Positions 49,006 to 59,796 of a DNA stretch of 64,000 nucleotides are shown here, piece after piece. The notes below the pieces were generated by a model. It saw nothing but the letters and a program-made list of their open reading frames with translations. It ran no database searches and had not been told where the DNA came from. A program made the position numbers and the translations under genes. Each line of letters starts with the position of its first letter. Position 1 is the first letter of the stretch. Source of the stretch: Protoeuglena noctilucae (Eukaryota); contig OY253687.1 of assembly GCA_958009085.1 (NCBI GenBank), positions 620,001 through 684,000 of the forward strand, in the 5' to 3' direction.

Positions 49006-50009
49006 ATGTCACAGCTCATGGTCGGAAGGTGTTTTGCCACGCATGCATGCGGGGTCCCCTCGGCGGGCCAGGGGATCGGGCAGCGCCAAGCGGGCGCCGT
49101 GAAGCCTGTCTGGGGTCCCGGGCATGTTCGGCGCCAGTGGCCTGCGCGATGTTCCCTCGTTGCGCGCGCGAGTCGTCAGAGCCGAGACGTGAGCGGCCTG
49201 TCGGCCGAGGACGTCCTGCGGCAGATCGCGCGGGAGGCGGGGTTCACGGTCGTGAAAACGAGCGTGGACGAAGACGAGGTGCGGAGTCGCTCGGCCTTGA
49301 GCAGGCGGCCGAATGCCGATCCTGTGTGACCGTCGAACGGTTGGTTTCACTTAACGCCTGGCTTTGCTTCTGGGCGCAGGAGGACTTTGAAGACGGAGAT
49401 GGGTGCGGCGGGGATGCCGGGGACGCTTTTGGGCGCGGCGACGACGCGAAGCCCTCGCCCTACTCGACGCCGATCCCCTCCATCGATCCGCTGCAATTGA
49501 TTCTCAAGGAGATTGTCCCTCGCGCTGAGGAGCGGGAGGGCGCGGCTGAGGCCTCGTCGCGCCCTCGACTTGTCCTTCTGGATGTGCGCCCGTACGAAGC
49601 ATACCGAGAGGGACGCGTTCCCGCTTCCATCTCCATGCCGCTCGCGGGAGTGTCGAGGGTGAGAACCGTGTGGGCATGGCCTGCGCCGCGCTTGGATGGA
49701 ATGTGGCCGGACATGGCGGGCAAACCGCACGCTCAGCGCACATTTCTCTGGCTGACCAGCAACGAGGGATCCGTGCGGCCTGCGCAGGATGCGGTGGAGA
49801 ACGAGCTGGGCCCTCCCAGCTCCCGGGACATGCCCCAGGTGGTGGTCGTGGGGACGGGGACGCGGGGCAGCAACATCCGCACGGTCATGGACGCCCAGCA
49901 GATGTGGGTGCGCCTGACGCGCGTCTATGGCTATCCTGAGGACTCCGTGCAGGTCCTCGATGGCGGATACGAGGCATGGGCCAAGCTGCAGAAGGACTTC
50001 ATGCGTTAA
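49006..50009 (+). CDS. Rhodanese-like domain protein, probably plastid-targeted, lacking the active-site Cys
   Basis: VLLDVRPYEAYREGRVPASISMP; VVVVGTG where the Cys loop is expected; VQVLDGGYEAW. Confidence 0.8.
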
Positions 50010-50061
50010 ATCCAGCAGCGAGTAACGTGTGTCGCATGTCTAGTTATCGCCGCGACCTACT

Positions 50062-50715
50062 TCAGCGATTGAAGGGGTTGTCCTTCTTCTGCTTCCCTAG
50101 CAAGACGTCCTTTGCCTCCTTAACCTTGGTCGCAACGTACTGGCTGCCCCCGAAGTCCGGGTGGTTCGCAATCATGATCTTGCGGTGCGCGTCCTTCACC
50201 TTCGCTTCCGGCGCGCTCTCTCTGCGACGCACATGGGTGGCGAATCATGCAACGGGCGTCCAAAGCACGGGCATCAGGCAGCCTGGGGATGGCGAGCTCA
50301 CCGCAGCCCCAGTATTTGCGCAGCCTCGCGCCGCGTCATCTCTGGAAGAAAGCCCCCACGGTAGAATTGTCGCAGCGCAGCCGGCCGGTTCTGCGAGCGA
50401 CGGGCCACGAGCGAGACCGGGCTCATGGCCGGGACGGGGGAATGGATCGGCGGGAGCAGCGCAAGGCATGGAGATCTTACCCTCAGGTGCTCGAAAGCCA
50501 TGATACCGCCCCTTGCCGCCATCATGGCGGCCCCCACGACCAGCCCGGCCACCAATGGCGTCGTCTGCGATGTGCGAGAGCGTGCGGGCTCTCAGTAGCC
50601 GTTCCTGTGGCAGCTCCTCGTCGCAGCGGATTCCTCGCACACCCCCTCTGCTAACTTATGCAGCGGGAAGCGGCGGCGCAATATCTGTTGTTGGCGGCGC
50701 TGCTGCACGCACCAT
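50062..50715 (-). CDS. TIM14: Mitochondrial import motor J-protein TIM14/PAM18
   Basis: M|TTPLVAGLVVGAAMMAARGG; FYRGGFLPEMTRREAAQILG; AHRKIMIANHPDFGGSQYVATK. Confidence 0.95.
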
Positions 50716-51142
50716 GGCCCCTTCAGCGATCCCCCCTGCAGTCGCTCGTGGATAGCCTGGCAGGCAAATCAGCCGTGTGGATCGGCAGTCACTCTTGAAT
50801 GCGCTCGCGAGGAACGCTCGCGTGCGCAGCCTTCGTGCTTGCTTGGCGGGGGCGGGCTGTTCTGCTCTACCACGACTAGCGGGTTGCAGGCCGGCGCGGG
50901 ACGAGAAGCAGAGAGACTGGGGGAATATGATGTTCTGCTCACACACATTCCTGCGCAAGAAGGTCTGGGAGCTCGCGCCCGGTCGCCAGAAGCGCAGAGA
51001 CTTGCAAACCATTCCTTCTCTTCCAGCAGCGCCGAGGCCAGTACGTGCTCCATTACGAGCACCTGCCGCGGTACCTGGCGCCGGGTGGGTGGCGCGGCGT
51101 CGGCCCATTCGCATTTGCGCTCCCTCACCGGTTGCTCCGGAC

Positions 51143-52309
51143 ATGGCGGAAGCCACGCCCTTCCCGGCCGTCGTGCCGCAGGAGACGCTCGAAGCCGAGG
51201 CTTTCCAGGTTTGTTAGCGCAGGCAGGGCCCGTGGCTATCAGCGGCTGGGGTCTGGGCATGAAGGCCGCCCTGCAAATTGATGGAGCAGCGATTCTGCCC
51301 GCCGCGCAGAAGCTCTATCCGGACCTGTACTTGGAGCGGTTCCTGGAGGCGGGGGTGCGGCCGGACGGGAGGCCTCTGGGCCAGGCCCGGCCGACGAGCG
51401 TGGCGACGGGCGTGGTCACGACGGCCAACAGCTCGGCGCTGGTCAAGTTCGGCAACACGACGGCGCTGGCCGGGATCAAGCTGGAAGTCGGTATTCCGGG
51501 GGACAGCGCTCCCGGCGCGGGGCGCCTCGTGGTGGCGGTGGAGGCCCCTCCGCTGTGCCACCCCGACGTGCGCCCGGGGCTCCCTCCTGAAATGGCCATG
51601 GTGGCTGCCGACCATGTCCAAGAATGCATCCAAGCGTCCGGTGAGCGCTGTGGCCCGCCAGGGCGCGCGCGATCTCGTGCGTGCACTCCAGTCACCGCTA
51701 ATGCTCACTCCCGGCGACTGCGCTGTAAGCAGGCATGCTCGACTTGGCCGCCCTGTGCATCGAGCCGCGGCGCGCCATGTGGGTCGCGTACCTCGACATT
51801 TACATCCTGGACGCGGACGGAGGGGTGCAGGACGTCGCGCTGGCGGCGGCAGCGGCGGCCATCGCGACGCTCGCCCTGCCGCGGGTGGAAGTGGACGAGA
51901 CCGGGAACGTCCGGAGCGCGGACGGTGGCCCTGCGCCTAGCCTTACGCCCCTCCGAACGTCCGGGTTTCCCTGCAGCATCACCTGCGGGCTTTTCCGGTG
52001 AGGTTTGAGCACTCACTCCAGGCTGATAGGACGCACGACTACCCATGCTCAGTGCTAAATGCAGCACCCATGTCATGCCATTGCAGGGACAAGGTGCTGG
52101 TAGACCCAGCGTCTGACGAGGAGGTGGTGGCGGACACGCGGGTGACCGTTTGCGTGGACGGCGCCGGCCGCGTCCTGCGTGTCTACGTCCCCGGGGGCAG
52201 CGCCGAGCTGGACTTAGTGACCATCAGCGCCGTGGTGGAGATCTCCAAGGCCCGACATAAGGAGATCTCGGGTCTGCTGGCACAGCACATCCCTTCAATG
52301 CCAGCCTAG
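51143..52309 (+). CDS. RRP43: Exosome complex component RRP43 (EXOSC8), RNase PH fold
   Basis: LEAEAFQ|KLYPDLYLERFLEAGVRPDGR; SALVKFGNTTALAGIKLE; LCIEPRRAMWVAYLDIYILDADG; LVDPASDEE. Confidence 0.92.
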
Positions 52310-52328
52310 CCCACGCTCGTGCCAGGCC

Positions 52329-53330
52329 CTAGTACACAGCCGCGGGGCCGTACAGGCCCGCCTGCCAGCTCAGCGGCGCCCGCCATGCTTCCTCCGCCGC
52401 CCCAGGAGCTGTCCCAACCAGTCCCCCGACTTGCGCAGCCACGCTTGCCACAGCAAGAGCGTCCTCACGGTTGTCCCCCTCGGCGCTCACGATCTTGAAC
52501 AAGACAGCCACCGGTATCCCCGCCGCCGACAGCTCTCTGCAGGGACAGGTGTTGCCGGGATGCGTACCCATCGCAAGTCCCGCACACATGCTCTGCTGCA
52601 ACAGCTTGCGCTGCGTCTCGCCTGATCAATGGCCACGGCTGCGTCCTCCGCTCCGCCTCGGGCCTGTCGCTGGCCGTCGCCTGGTCGAGCTCAGAGCAGC
52701 CAGCGCCCTCGCACGCCGCTCGCAGCGCTTCGTCACCCTGGCACCAGAAGCGCAGCGACCGCGACCCGGTGACGCTGTCCGGCCTAGACTGCTCGCGACT
52801 CGTCACGCTCGCGAGGACGACCACCTGACGAACGCCCCGCCCTTGGACCCACTGTGCAACGCGGTGCGCGTGCTCCCGCTGGCAGCCCGGCACCACCTCG
52901 CCACGGACTTGCAAGCACGACACGTCGTTGCCGATGCGGAACAGCTCCATCGCAGAACTGCGGGGATCGCGAGGCGAGCCCAGAGATGGCGAGACGGGAA
53001 CACCAGCGCACGGCGACCGCTTGCACAAGCAGATCTGTGTTCACCTGAGGCGTCCGGATGCCTGCAGCCCGACGGCATCGTTCCCAACGCAAGGCAGCAT
53101 CGTGTCGTCCTCCAGGACCCCCTGTCGCGTGTGCTGCGGGCAGCACGGATGCGGAGTTGACGGCCGTGTCCTGATGCCGCCACCGGCGCGGCCTCCCGCC
53201 ACTCGCTGACCTCCCGATTCGTCAGGAGCAAGTCGACGGCCAGCTGCCCCACGTTCCCGTGGCAAATGGCTGGGACGATGAGCGTGCTCGCCGCGGCATC
53301 GCCGGGCGGGTCCAGCAAGGAGAAAAACAT
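52329..53330 (-). CDS. PAC2: Proteasome assembly chaperone 2 (PAC2/PSMG2)
   Basis: TLIVPAICHGNVGQLAVDLL; LPCVGNDA; SAMELF; CLQVRGEVVPG; SAEGDNREDA; WRAPLSW..LYG. Confidence 0.9.
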
Positions 53331-53564
53331 TCCCGACCCCGCTTTGGCCCCTCAAGTTTCTCCTCGTGTTCCTGTAGAGCTGCTTGACTGCGCAATCAGC
53401 GCCAGGGAAACAAGTGACGTGCTTGAAGACTGGCGACCGACCCACACAAGCCTGCGGGTGCCTGCGGTCTCTGCCTGTTTCCGCGGACGCGACTGTCGCT
53501 AGACCAGCCGCCTGTGTATCCTTCCGCGCCTCTCGGGTAGTGATCATCCTGTGAGCCGGCAGCC

Positions 53565-54214
53565 ATGCCCGGTGAGGCTGTGAACCCGAAGGCGTACCCC
53601 CTCGCCGACGCTGAGGTGACTGCCGCGACATGTGCTGGCAGCTGCGCCGCGCCTCTCCCCGCTGACTGGCCCGGCCGCCGGGGAAGGCGCTGGCTGCTGG
53701 GTGGGCAGCTTTTGCTCCGGCGGGCCCGTAACGGCGCGCTCCTCCCCCTCCCGCAGCTCAACAACAAGATTCTCGACCTGGTCCAGCAGGCGGCGAACTA
53801 CAAGCAGCTCAAGAAGGGCGCGAACGAGGCCACCAAGGTGCGGCGGCAGCCTCGGCGCGACGCGCGTCGCGCTGGCGCTCCCCGGGGCCGCCGGTGCCAT
53901 CAACTGCCGCCGATACTCTCTTACGACACGGGAAGCTCGCGCCGCCGCCGTCTCCGCAGACCCTGAACCGCGGCATCGCCGAGGTGGTCATCATGGCGGC
54001 CGACACGGAGCCCATTGAGATTCTGCTGCACCTCCCCCTGCTGGCGGAGGACAAGAACGTCCCTTACGTCTTTGTGCACTCCAAGCAGGCCCTCGGCCGC
54101 GCGTGCGGGGTCTCCCGGCCCGTAATCGCATGCTCCGTCACGTCGAACGAGGGCTCCCAGCTCAAGGAGCAGATCAACAAGCTCAAGCTGTCCATCGAGA
54201 AGCTTCTCATCTAG
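53565..54214 (+). CDS. SNU13: SNU13/15.5K (NHP2-like protein 1), kink-turn-binding protein
   Basis: [47 protein letters not shown]...[29 protein letters not shown]. Confidence 0.97.
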
Positions 54215-54311
54215 TCCGTTTCTCCCGCCGACGCCGTGCCCTCCACCCCGCGTTTCCCCGCGCAGCCTGGCTGGACGTCGTCTAGGCGCTAGGCGCGTGC
54301 CTGTTGAATCG

Positions 54312-56045
54312 CTAGTTCTCCACTACAAGGTCCACGCTCGGAGCGCCGATGACCCACTCGAGCCCCAGCTTCGCGGCTGCGGCGTCTAGCGCCTGCGCCA
54401 CCGTGAAAGGGTCCGTGTGCCCGATGGACGCACCCGCGAAGACCTCCAGGCCTCCAAAGTCCGACGCTTGCACGGTCAGCTTCCCACGGCTCACCACCCG
54501 GACCCACACGGGCTCCCACGGCACCCCCGCGGCCCTGGAGCCAGTCCCGTCGGCTGCGCCGAGGTTGAGCACTCCGACGTTGAAGCTCCGGGCGCCAAGC
54601 TCGTCGATGAGACCCCTCAGCACCGCGTGCAGGGCCACGGCCGCGGGCGACGCGAGGGCGTCCGCCAGCACAGAGACCTCCATGTCCTTGTAGGGGCATA
54701 GCGACACGAGCACCCACGCCCGCTGCACCCCTGGCCCCACGCCGGCGGGCCACGCGAGCTCCCGGGCGAGCCCCACGTGTCGGTGCGCTCGCACGAGGTC
54801 CGTGAAGTAGCAACCATCCCTTGGGTGCTCTGCCTCGTAAGCAGCACGCGCGGACGCGAGCTGGGAGGTCGCCGGGAAGGGCACACGTGAGGCCACCGTC
54901 TGCGCATGGCCGTGAAACTGACTTGCGCCCGCTCGGTGGAGACAGTTCTGCGGCAAGAGGCGGTTATGCTGTAGTAGTGGTGGAGGCAAGCAGGGCGTCG
55001 GTACGAGCTGTGGGCAGCGGGGGGTGTGCAGCCTTGTGGGTGTCGTGGCCAAACACTCACCCAGAGGAGGAGGGCGTGTCGTGCGTCGGGGTCGGCCTCC
55101 ATGGCCTTAAGGAACCACTGGCGGCTCGCCTCGAACAGGTCTCTGCGGATGATAGAAGCTAGAATGTCACAGGAAAGGGTACTGGAGGGGACTAGTGACC
55201 TATGTGCAAAGGGCGCACTGTGCTCACATGACGTTGTCGCGGCTAATGTCGAGGGGGTCATGGTGCTGGAAGATGATGAGGCCGTGGCTGCCGGCGTATT
55301 TGAACAAATTGGACGCCGTCACGACCGATCCAACGTGGATGCGGCCCCAGGTGTCCTCCGCCGTCAGCTCCTCCCATTTGCAGAAGTCACTGGCAGATGG
55401 CGGGGACACAGGTCGGGTCAGGGAAGGCGCGCAGGCAGAGGGCAGCGGGCCTGCGTAGCACATTCGCTTGGCTGCTCACCAGTTGGCGCCATGGTCCGTG
55501 GGATCGGTCACGTGCCCCGCGGCCTTGAAGTTCTGGGGCTTACTTCCTCGCGCCTGGTTGAACCACACTTGCGTGTGCAGCACCTTGTTGGTCACGCTCA
55601 CGACCAGCTGCTCGCTCGGGGCGCCATACTTGGCCGTCAGCGCCTTGCCCGGCCTCGCGATCCCCTGCGGGACCAGGACGGCGGATTCGGTCCCATCCGG
55701 CGGTAGACCGCTGCCAGAACTGATCACCGACGCAGCTGCTTTACCGGGACCGAATCGATGCGAAAGATGCGGTGAAAGGCCCGGCCATCCCGAGTGCTCG
55801 CCGTGGAGCCGCTCTGCTGCCTGGCAGCGAGGTCGAATATATTCATGCCGGGGCTGCGATGACGAGAAGGGTCAGGTGTCAAGGAATGTGTGGCGATATC
55901 GGGGCTGGATCAACGCAGCGCGTCATTTTAGTGCCTGCTCTGACAACGCATACCTGCAGCTGATGGCAGTGATGCTTGAGCCGCCTTCCGCATCGCCCGC
56001 GCGTACAGATAGCTTTGTTGTGAGCCTACGTTTGCTGCAGGACAT
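54312..56045 (-). CDS. Uncharacterised HIT-superfamily (GalT/Apa-like, HxHxQ) nucleotidyltransferase/hydrolase; start uncertain (56045 or 55847)
   Basis: W|NCLHRAGASQFHGHAQ motif; DFC; WGRI..ASNLFKYAGSHGLIIF..HDPL; SLCPYKDME; SFNVG; SDFGGLEVFAGASIGHTDPF. Confidence 0.75.
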
Positions 56046-56211
56046 CTAGTTCAGTCCGCCTGTCCGCTGCACGATGAGTGCTCATTTATCCAGCCCGGTC
56101 GCCGCACCATGCGCTGTGACGGCGCGAGCATGCTGTTGGGCATCAAGACCTGCATATGGGACGCATCATGTGGCTCATCCGTTCCCATCGCGGGGTGCGG
56201 CGCCCCGGGGC

Positions 56212-58176
56212 ATGGTATCCACGTGCTTGCGTGCCGTTCGGGAGCCTGCGTCGAGAAGCAGCCCGCAGAAGGGCGCGCGCGCGAGCGAGGATGAGGGCGG
56301 CCACAGCCACGGACAGGCCCACGCGCACGGGCACGAGCATAAGCACGCCCACACGCATGATGAGGGCCACGGCCACAGCCACGACCACGACCACGACCAT
56401 GCTCACAGCCACAGCCACAGCGGCCATGACCACAGCCACGGTCATGCACACAGCCACGGCCATGCTCATAAATTCAGGGCCCAGGCAAGTGTCACTTTGT
56501 GGAACTGGGCGCTGCTCCTGACGTGTGCCGCTGCAGTTGTGACATCGCCACCGCTGAGCGGAGTCCCCTTGCCGCAGGCGTGGGTGGCTGGTAGTCGCAA
56601 CGCGGTCTTGCCCAGAGGAGCTCTGGACGGCAAGGTGCTGTTCCTCGACGCCATGACGGCTGGGATGGCGGGAGACATGACGCTGGCGGCTTTGCTGGTG
56701 AGCCCCATGACACACCGCAGGCGTTGCTAGTCCCATGCAGCAAGGCTGACGGTCAAGGTGGCCATTGATGTTACCAACCATGATTCCTGGTGGTGATGGC
56801 ACCTTGGGCGGCCTCATGATAACCCCGCCATCGCCAGGCCTTATGGATGCGCTTGAGTCGCCTTACTCGCCTTGGCGCCCACAGGACCTCGGCGTTCCTC
56901 TGGACGTTGTCCGCACCGGCTTGGACGCTCTGAAGCTCGGTGATTTCGACTTGAACGTCACCCAGCGCTCCCACTCTGGCATCGTCGCGCCCTACTTCTC
57001 CGTGGTCGAATCGAAGGTGAGCGATGCAGTGAACTGAAGACACTCAATGGTTGGCCATCTCATGTAACGGTCTGGGTCCATGGAGACACCTAGAATTCCT
57101 GTAGCACGTGTCTCTCGCGCTGCTCCAATGCGGGCCGGACCAACCTGTTTTTCATGCGAGTGGCCGTCGGATGCCCAGGCAGGCCCGGCGCTTCAATACA
57201 CACTCGTCGACGCCCTCATACGCCCTCAGGACCCCGTGTTCCGGGACTGGCGCGCCATCAAGCGGATCATCGGGGACGGTGTGCAGCGGGGGGGCGCCCT
57301 CACACCTGGTGCGGCCATGCTGGCTCTCGATGCCTTTGGGAAGCTCGCGGTGGCCGAGGCCGCATGCCACGGCCTGCCCGTCGACGACGTCCATTTCCAC
57401 GAGGTGGGTGCGCGTGCTGAGTGCGGCACACCTTTCTCCTGCACTCGCGAAAGCGCCGTGGGCTGGGCTTTGCTTGCGCAGTCGAGTCGCCTGTGGCAGG
57501 CAACGTCGGCGCGACCATCACTTGTGCTCTCTGGTACCCGAGTGCACAACGATCGCATCTTGTCACTTGCCCCCACATCGTGTCGCATCACAGGTGGGCG
57601 CGGTGGACTCGATCGTTGACATCGTTGGCGTGGCCATCGCCGTAGATTATCTGGCACCCCGCGAAATCTGGGTCAGTCCCCTGCCCATGGGACGTGGCAT
57701 CATCCGCGGTGCAGCACACGGGCCGCTCCCCAGGTGCGGAGCGCAAGCGTGGTCCACATCCACGCCACGCCACGCCACCAGGCGCCCCTCCAGGACGGCC
57801 CTTCCTTAGCCATTGCTTGCTGCAAGTCTTACCGCCCCGTCTGTCCTGCGTGGCGTTGGCCACTACAACGTTGCGCCTGGCTGGCCTCAACAAACCCGTG
57901 CTTGTGTTGCGTCGCAGCCCTCCGCCCGCCACGGTCGGGGTGCTCGCCGGGAGCGGCATTCCCACGTTCGACGCGGGCGTGGATGGCGAGTTCGTGACCC
58001 CGACGGGCGCCTGCCTGGCTGCGGCCCTGGCGGGGGGCCGTGTGGCGCGGTGGCCATCGCTGGTCGTCGACCGGGTGTCCTATGGCGCGGGCACCAAGAC
58101 CTGGCCCGACCGACCCAACCTGCTCCGGGTCGTCGCGGGGACCGCAGCGGGGGAAGTCAAGGGCCGCGGAGCTTGA
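56212..58176 (+). CDS. larC: LarC (DUF111) nickel-pincer cofactor Ni-insertase, N-terminal domain only, with an N-terminal His-rich tract; start uncertain (56074 or 56212)
   Basis: LFLDAMTAGMAGDMTLAALL|DLG; FGKLAVAEAACHG..VDDVHFHE|VGAVDSIVDIVG; AHGPLP|SPPPAT; GEFVTPTGA; YGAGTK...PNLLRVV; TGA at 58174-58176. Confidence 0.9.
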
Positions 58177-58379
58177 GAGTGCCAGTAAGGGAGTGGGCAG
58201 TAGGAATGTGACCTGGTCGTGACCGACTGTGACCTTCCTTGCCCTTTGCGATCGCTAAGGAGTCTCATTAGCTCATTTAAAGCAGCTGCTCGTCTTTCTT
58301 CAAGCCATGAGGGTGCGCCACGTGCAGTCTCTGATCACTGACGCGGTGCACCCTGACCCTGCATATGGAAACTCACGCG

Positions 58380-59646
58380 TCAGCCGCAGGCGCAGAGGCG
58401 GTGGAAGTTGGGCCTCTTCGCCTCCCTGTCCGACTCCTGGAAAGCCTTGGGGTTGCCCGCGGCGTCCACAGACACGAGGCACATGGCGGGCGACCCGGTG
58501 CGCCCCACCGACCCCGACACGTACCCCGGGGCAGCAGCGTCCTCCACGCGCTCGCACCCGGCCTCGCAGTTAAAGTGCCGCGACAGCTCGTTGCAGGTGT
58601 TGACGGAGGCCATGCCCCGGGGAGAGAACGTGAGGCTCCCGCACACTTCCCGACACGCCTTGCCCACGTCGCCCTTCACAGCCTGCACCCCCGCTGGGAA
58701 CGCCGGGCCGTTCTCCGCTGGGTCTCGCGGCCGAGCATCCTGCGGAAGGGAAGCGTGGCAGACGTGCGCTGTCATGTGCACGACGCCCCGGGCACCGCGG
58801 GGGAAGGAGCAAGCAAGGCCTTGCCTTGGAGAAACAGTGTTTGTGGGAGCGCTCGATGTAGTCGTTCTCGTGCGCGGTGCTCCTCGCGTGGACGCGGCAC
58901 CGGTACGTGCAGAACTCGAAACGGCTGCCCCAATCGTGACGCGACTCGGTCCTGGGGCCGAGGCAAAGCACGCGTATCGTGCCGCAGCCAGTCGAGACGG
59001 GTGCTGTTGATGCCACTCCGTCATGGGTCCCTGCGCAACTCACCGGAGCTGTGTGAAGGAAGACCACCACTTCTCCACGCCCGACCCAGGGGCCATGCAA
59101 CACGATACGCACGCCTCGTGGGTCTCGCAGCAGTCGTCGCTGTCCGCTCGGCCCGTCCGGCAACGGCTGCAGTCGAATTGGGTGCCGCGGGCACAGCAGC
59201 CGGTCTGAGAGACGCGGGGAGACGCGGGGCAGAGCCCAAGTGAGAACCACAGCGAGCGAGAGGGCCGCGAGCTCGCGCGTGGGCATCCTGGGCACCTGCC
59301 AGTCGATGTCCCCACGCGAGCACAGGTATCCCTTGTCGTCCGTGACCTCCGACGCTCCGCTCGCGGTGGTCTCGCACGTGTTTGGAAACACTGCAGTTGC
59401 GCGCGTGGTTTCCCGGCGATGAGGAGGAGCGCACGCACGTTGGCGTCACGCAACGCAATCTCATGCATGAAAGCTGCGTTGGACCAACCGAAACCGCCGC
59501 GGAATGCGAGCGCGCGGACCTGCGGGATCCCCGTAGTACTTGGGGCGTGTCGCCTGGGCCAGCGCCCGCTCGGAGGCCGCCTGGGACGCCAGCGATGCGC
59601 CCACGAGGCCGAGGATCAGCGCCGCCCGAAGCGCCCGCCCCGGCAT
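58380..59646 (-). CDS. SPRING1/C12orf49 (UPF0454)-like Cys-rich secretory-pathway protein
   Basis: Signal peptide MPGRALRAALILGLVGASLA; CETT..VTDDKGYLC; TGCC..FDCSRC..CCETHEACVSCCM; CRVHARSTAHENDY; plant-type Cys-rich C-terminal domain ending RLCACG*. Confidence 0.8.
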
Positions 59647-59796
59647 TCCTCCGAAAGCCCGCGCCTCACTAGCTGCGAGCTCTACTCCCTGCCGACTCTC
59701 GTTCGTTTCGCGAGGTTGCAATGGCAGCTGTGTCTGGGGTCGCAGAGCAATTCACCGCATTTTTCGAGAATGAGCGCCCTGCGTGACGCTGCAAAT

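Noticed and set aside
56298..56469. CAC/CAT-rich repeat as a microsatellite or CRISPR-like array
   Set aside because: It is a codon-varied His-rich coding tract of LarC with no repeat-spacer structure
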